Assembly (NCBI GenBank): GCA_964016885.1
Contig: OZ024757.1
Location: 40,858,001-40,922,000, forward strand
Length of the DNA stretch: 64,000 nucleotides
Direction of reading: 5' to 3'
From: Eledone cirrhosa
Lineage: Eukaryota
The notes beneath the pieces were generated by a model. The model made no database searches, was not told the DNA's origin, and saw nothing but the letters and a program-made list of their open reading frames with translations. A program made the translations under genes and the position numbers. Numbering within the stretch: the stretch's first letter is position 1; every line of letters starts with the position of its first letter. This document shows positions 60,175-64,000 of the stretch, piece after piece.

Positions 60175-60906
60175 GATACATTTATACCTACACATATATA
60201 TAGACACGAATATACACACATATATATAGATAGATATATACACACATACATATACATAGACACATACATACACACAAACGGACAGCAATACAGTCATTTT
60301 CTCCCACACGCACATACATATACAGACAGAGTTAGAAACACCCAGACACACACACATTCACACACACATACACACACATACACACACACACACACTCTCT
60401 CTCTCACACACAGACCGAGACAGTCACACTCTTTCTCACACGTACACACTTACACATACATACACAAAACACAGGCACACAAACAGAATAACAAACACAC
60501 ACAAAGACGCACCTAGACACACAAAGAGACACATACACACACAAAGACACTGACACACACACATATATAGACCCACACACATACACAGAAAATGTCGGCT
60601 GTCATAACATCATGGACGACATGAAACTATATTGTGTATGTTTTATTTTATTTTATATTCCATGGTGAATAACGAGAAATAAATTTAACAGCATTAGTAC
60701 AACAACAACAACAGCAGCAGCAACAACAACAACAACAAGAACAACAACAACAGCAGCAGCAACAACAACAACAACAAGAACAACAGCAGCAGCAACAACA
60801 ACAACAATGGCAGCAGCATCTGTGGCAGCAACGACAACAGCAGATTAACGAACAAGGAAGCATCTACATTTTCGCAAGACTTACTACAAATAGCAGTCCA
60901 AATATC

Positions 60907-60956
<50 letters not shown>

Positions 60957-60966
60957 CACCATGTTT

Positions 60967-61029
60967 TATTTATTCTGACGACTGAAAACAGATATATCTG
61001 CTTTCAAGAAACCACTGGTAAATGAAATA
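60967..61029 (+). ncRNA. Type I hammerhead ribozyme motif, canonical core (family E; element ~60955-61128)
   Basis: tttatt-CTGACGA-cTGAAAaCAGAT at ATCTGcTTTCAa-GAAA-CCAcTGG-TA-aatgaa. Confidence 0.85.
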
Positions 61030-61123
61030 CTTATCTTATGTTGTTTATTACATAACTAATAATCTCTGTAGCCTACATAGAGCACTCTTTTTTCCTGTAC
61101 CTTTCCGGCGGAATTACTTCATT

Positions 61124-61171
<48 letters not shown>

Positions 61172-61289
61172 CGTGTGTGTGTGTGTATGTGTTAGGAAAT
61201 TCCGAAGGAAAAGTAAAGGAAAACAGAGTGCTCTATGTATAGAACAGAGCTATTTTTTGTGTTGTTCACTTTCTAATTATATATATATA

Positions 61290-61352
<63 letters not shown>

Positions 61353-61426
61353 ATATATATACATATATATACATATATATATATGTGTGTGTGTGTGTAT
61401 ATATATATGTATATATTTATTTATTT

Positions 61427-61586
61427 AATGTAGAAATGGCTTCTACAAGTCTAGATTTGTTTCATTCGAAAGAAATCATCAGGAAATTGGTCCTGTAGAA
61501 GCCATTTCTATATTAAATATTTATACTCTGCTATGTATTGAGTACCTTATTTACTGTGGTTAACCCCGATTGAACCTGGGATTCAC
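61427..61586. mobile_element. Family C element; the inverted arm holds an intact hammerhead motif (minus strand, 61441-61485)
   Basis: ttc-CTGATGA-tTTC tttc GAAt-GAAA-CAA..TTG-TA-gaa. Confidence 0.78.
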
Positions 61587-61685
61587 ACACACATATGTAT
61601 ATATATATGTATAGAGAGGGACAAAGAGAGAGAGAGAGAGAGAGTGAGTGAGTGAGTGAGTGAGTGAGAGAGAGAGAGAGAGAGA

Positions 61686-61732
<47 letters not shown>

Positions 61733-62122
61733 CCATGCATCTATATATATGAAATATGATATATTTCTATGTAAAACTATATCCAACATTCAGACATCAG
61801 GAATAACTCCTCCGAACTCATCTTTGTCAAACTACACTGAGTGAGTATGAATCAATAAAGGACACATTCTATTGTGACTTCCTGGTTGTTTTTCGGTTGA
61901 TTTATCGGGTCTTTTTTATGTATTTTTTACTTTTATTTTGTCATGTTGTGTGTTGGGGGGGGGGGGGGGCTTTTGTTTTTTTTGTTTTTTATCTGTTTTT
62001 GTTGTTTTTTTTTGTTTTTTTTCTTAGTCTATTGTTGTTGTTGTTGACTGTAAAAGAACCGGAAATAGAGATACTGTAATTTGACCAAATTCTGTCTACA
62101 GAAAAACAAATACTTATGGGGG

Positions 62123-62164
<42 letters not shown>

Positions 62165-62218
62165 GTGTATAAATTAAGTCCAGAGCATCACTGATTTTTC
62201 GTTTTCTTTATACTATAT

Positions 62219-62804
<586 letters not shown>

Positions 62805-62949
62805 AAATAATATATATATACATACATATATATATTATATATATATATACATATATATATACCTCGGATTAAAGTGCACCGTTATGTGTGTGTATATATA
62901 TATATATACATATATACATACCTCAGATTAAAGTGCATCGATATATATG

Positions 62950-62999
<50 letters not shown>

Positions 63000-63126
63000 G
63001 ATAGATATATATTTATGACATATGACATATATATATATCCTATGTATATTATGTTATATATATATATATGTTTGTGTGAGAGTGTGTGTGTGTGTGTTGA
63101 TGTGTGCTCTTTGTGCCTAAAAGATT

Positions 63127-63159
<33 letters not shown>

Positions 63160-64000
63160 TTGTCATTCTCTTTCTCTTCCTCCTTCTCTGGGATGAGCTG
63201 CGCCAGGTTTTCAATGCCACGAGGGCCCCCTTACGACTCCACCGGGATTAAAGTGGGGCCTTATAAAACATCCTACAACCAACATGGATTTTTAAGCGGT
63301 TTTCTTTCACATTCAAAATCGCGACTTATCATTAACAGCCGAATAGAAGTCTTCACTGTAATGATGTGGTCCTTTTTAAAGCCAGGTTTATTACCTGAGT
63401 TTACCCTTTCGGACGTCAACCTTCTTCAGTTGATTCATACGACACTGTACTTATTCTAAACAGTTCTCTCATACAGAAAGCTTATATACTACAACGATAT
63501 TACAATTTTAAATAAAGATACCGCAACAACAACAACAACTCCAAGAATAACTACAACAATAAATACATCAAAAATAATAAGAGAAGCAAAAATCAACAAC
63601 AATAACAACAGAAATAAATTAACGAATTGAAAAGATGAAATATGTGAAGAAATTGAGAGAATGAAGAATATGATCTGTAGGAAAAAGACAAGAGAAAAAA
63701 ATTCTATTCGTTTCCAAAGTGCGTACATAAATACTGCATTCAAATATATTCATATTACACAAATACAATATATCAACCACAATGTGCTTCTCTTTGCACA
63801 ATGCTACATGAAATTATATAGAGATAAGCAGAAGAAATCACCAGAAGGAAAAAACGATAAGGAATTGAGAAAACAGTAAAATATATAAGCATTAAAATCT
63901 TCTTGACATTCTATCATAGAACGGTTCTTTCGTTTGAAATTTACACAAACACAAGGAAATCATTTGGTTTCATGAATTCAAGATATGATTGTTGTGAAGT

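Noticed and set aside
60694-60900. Poly-Q-like CAA/CAG tract as a coding exon
   Set aside because: A simple repeat among microsatellites, with no supporting ORF context or splice evidence.

Overview
Very AT-rich, repeat-saturated animal DNA, most likely intronic or intergenic sequence from an octopus or other cephalopod, judged from the SINE families and microsatellite density. I find no intact host gene, and almost all of the ORF track is translated microsatellite. Ordinary content: many tRNA-derived SINEs, RTE and CR1 LINE fragments, a decayed hAT transposase, a mariner 5' end, several minisatellites and a ~1.8 kb tandem duplication. The main signal is about 30 short (100-500 bp) non-coding elements from about 10 families, sitting in (TA)n tracts. 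Many are head-to-head palindromes, and many carry a type I hammerhead ribozyme (HHR) motif. One 5'-truncated Penelope-like element (PLE) with a GIY-YIG endonuclease ORF has the same kind of HHR and tail, which links the short elements to PLEs. Three families carry the compensatory U3-A8 core instead of C3-G8, and stems covary between copies. Inverted arms end at fixed internal TA sites, and a shared ACTC..GAGT hairpin lies downstream of the ribozyme. All of this was read by eye. Coordinates may be off by a few bases, and no folding program or database search was run.
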